Assembly (NCBI GenBank): GCA_963813025.1
Contig: CAWEXO010000004.1
Coordinates: forward strand, 32,001 to 96,000
Reading direction: 5' to 3'
Length of the DNA stretch: 64,000 nucleotides
Source of the DNA: an uncultured Verrucomicrobiae bacterium
GTDB lineage: Bacteria; Verrucomicrobiota; Verrucomicrobiia; Chthoniobacterales; JAFAMB01
Part shown: in pieces, positions 61,935-64,000 of the stretch
How the letters are laid out: every line of letters starts with the position of its first letter
Position numbering within the stretch: position 1 is the stretch's first letter
Made by a program: the position numbers and the translations under genes
Notes under the pieces: generated by a model
Seen by the model: the letters and a program-made list of their open reading frames with translations, nothing else
Told to the model about the DNA's origin: nothing
Database searches by the model: none

Positions 61935-63371
61935 CTACTCGGTGACGCGCGCTTTGCCGGCCTCTTTCGGCGGAATGGAGAACGCCTTATTATCGACCGC
62001 CAAAGCCGCCTCTTTCACCGCCTCGCTCATCGTGGGGTGCGCATGAATCGTCCGACCGATATCTTCGGCGCTTCCGCCGAATTCCATGACCGAGACGATT
62101 TCCGGAATAAGCTCCGAGGCACCTGCGCCAATAATCTGTGCGCCCAGCAGACGGTCGGTGCGCGCGTCGGCGATGATCTTCACAAATCCAGTCGCTAAAT
62201 CGTTGGCGAGGGCGCGGCCATTGGCGACAAACGGGAACTTGCCAATCTTCACTGCTAATCCCGTCTTCTTCGCGTCTATTTCAGTAAGGCCAACGCCGGC
62301 GACCTCCGGATCAGTGTAGATCACGTTGGGGACGATGTCGTAGTTCACGTGACCGGCTTTACCGGCGATGAGTTCGACACAAGCGACGCCGTCCTCCTCG
62401 CCTTTGTGAGCGAGCATGGGACCGTCGATGATATCCCCGATCGCGTAGAGGCCCGGAACACTGGTTCGAAATCGTTCGTCCACCGCGACGCGACCCCGAT
62501 CAGTCAATTTAAGGCCGAGATCCTTGGCCAACGCGCCCTCGAGATAAGGAATTCTCCCGATCGCGACCAGTACCTTATCAGCAGAAAATTGAAGGTTTTC
62601 CTGCCTTTTGTTTCTGGCCTGCACCGTCGCGCGACCATCAGCCACTTTGATCTGGGTTACCTGGTTCTCGACATGAAAAGTCAGTCCTTCGCTCTCCAGA
62701 GATTTCTGCAGCGTTTGCGTCACGTCCGGATCGAAAAAGGCGGCGATTCTGGGGAGGAATTCCAGTACCGTGACCTTTGCTCCCAACCGGTTCCAAACGG
62801 AACCGAGTTCCAGGCCGATGGCACCGGCGCCCACCACGAGAAACTCGGCGGGAACAGTATCAAAGGAGAGCGCTTCGTCGCTGGTGACAACCACTTGCCG
62901 GTCGAGAGCGATGTCCGGGAGACTCGCCGATACGCTGCCAGTCGCGAGAATAATGTGAGGCGCCAGAAGCTCTGCCTGACTGTTATCTGGCTTGGTTACC
63001 ACGACCTTGCCCGGAGAGACGAGCTGGCCTGTCCCCCGTACCCAGGTGATCTGATTCTTCTTCATCAAGAATTCGAGCCCTTGGGTCAGTTGCCGAACCA
63101 CCTTCTCCTTCCGCTTCATCATCTTACCCAAATCAAAGCTTACTCCTTGAAAACTGATCCCATGGTGTTCGGCTTGGTGACGGGCAAACAAGACGTGATC
63201 CGATGACATCAACAAAGCCTTGCTCGGGATACATCCAATGTTGAGACAAGTCCCTCCCAGCGCCTCGCGCTTATCGATAATCGCGGTTTTCAGTTCGAGC
63301 TGAGCGGCGCGCAACGCGGCTGTATATCCGGCCGGTCCTCCGCCCAGAATGATCAGATCAAGAGACTCCAT
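61935..63371 (-). CDS. lpdA: Dihydrolipoyl dehydrogenase
   Basis: GGGPAG, GGTCLNIGCIPSK, GAGAIG and HAHPTMSE motifs. Confidence 0.96.
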   Translation of the reverse strand: MESLDLIILGGGPAGYTAALRAAQLELKTAIIDKREALGGTCLNIGCIPSKALLMSSDHVLFARHQAEHHGISFQGVSFDLGKMMKRKEKVVRQLTQGLEFLMKKNQITWVRGTGQLVSPGKVVVTKPDNSQAELLAPHIILATGSVSASLPDIALDRQVVVTSDEALSFDTVPAEFLVVGAGAIGLELGSVWNRLGAKVTVLEFLPRIAAFFDPDVTQTLQKSLESEGLTFHVENQVTQIKVADGRATVQARNKRQENLQFSADKVLVAIGRIPYLEGALAKDLGLKLTDRGRVAVDERFRTSVPGLYAIGDIIDGPMLAHKGEEDGVACVELIAGKAGHVNYDIVPNVIYTDPEVAGVGLTEIDAKKTGLAVKIGKFPFVANGRALANDLATGFVKIIADARTDRLLGAQIIGAGASELIPEIVSVMEFGGSAEDIGRTIHAHPTMSEAVKEAALAVDNKAFSIPPKEAGKARVTE

Positions 63372-63559
63372 GGCAGCTAGACTCGTCGCGAGCGAAACCG
63401 GCGTCAACGCGGAGCCCGGACAGGGAGGACCTCAGGACCGGGCCCGCGGTTTTTTTTAACCCCGACGAAACCGTCACGCGGCGGGCTGTCCTTCAGCGTG
63501 GGCCTCTAAAAACGCTAGTGGTAATTGGTCGGACGACAATTCTGAAATTGTCTCGCAAC

Positions 63560-63840
63560 GTCCCCCTTTCCACGACCGGTAGGGCGAAAATTTATTTGAG
63601 CCGGACGGAGAGATTGCCACATCCCAAGACGGCTCGAATAAATTCTCGCCCTACCGCGCAGGGCCGAGGCCATGTTGCGAGGCAGCCTCTAAATTCTCGG
63701 GGTACGGGCCCAGGGCCAAAGCTGGGAGACGCTTTTTTCATCCGGGTAGGCGCGTTCAAGACGGCTCCTCCGTCGCTAAAGCTATGGCGGAGACGGCTCA
63801 AACAAGTTTTCGCCCTACCGGCACAGGCTACCGGCACAGG
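63560..63840. repeat. Cluster of family A REP doublets, including an empty IS110 target
   Basis: CCGGTAGGGCGAAAA (63576), TCTCGCCCTACCG (63644), AGACGGCTCAAACAAGTTTTCGCCCTACCGGCACAG (63791-63826). Confidence 0.9.
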
Positions 63841-64000
63841 CTGAAGCCGCGTTCCGAGACGCTCTGTTCAGCTGACGCCCTTGCAGAGTCGCCCGAAACG
63901 GAAGCGTTTCCCCCGAATTAAAAATCGGCAGGCTGAGTCCTTAGGCCCCTTCGGGACTACTGATGTCCATCGATCGCCGGCTGATCTGTCTCCGAGTCTG

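Overview
A GC-rich bacterial chromosomal window. Gene content and repeat style suggest soil Verrucomicrobiota (Chthoniobacterales-like); this is inference, not a search result. Genes include the 5' part of a cyclic beta-1,2-glucan synthetase with an ABC exporter, a GDP-heptose cluster (hddA, hddC, gmhA, gmhB, transaldolase), two GT-C-like membrane proteins, a PotABCD-like importer and a broken kinase/TPR gene. Also present are xylB behind a small RHH gene pair, a 1982-aa autotransporter, lipB, ruvC, tdh-kbl, tRNA-Thr(CGT), parC/parE, an ArgZ/AgrE-like arginine dihydrolase, bioF, proC, a MacAB-like operon, recO and lpdA. The main finding is a complete IS110 (IS621-like) element at 12129-13452. 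Its bridge RNA guides, donor site, CT core and circle-junction promoter can be read directly from the sequence, and it appears programmed to target a GTAG-type REP repeat with several empty copies in this window. An IS256 element inserted into the same repeat copy. Many REP, MITE and short tandem repeat families occur, some inserted in-frame in genes. Several single-base frameshifts fall in homopolymers and look like assembly errors.
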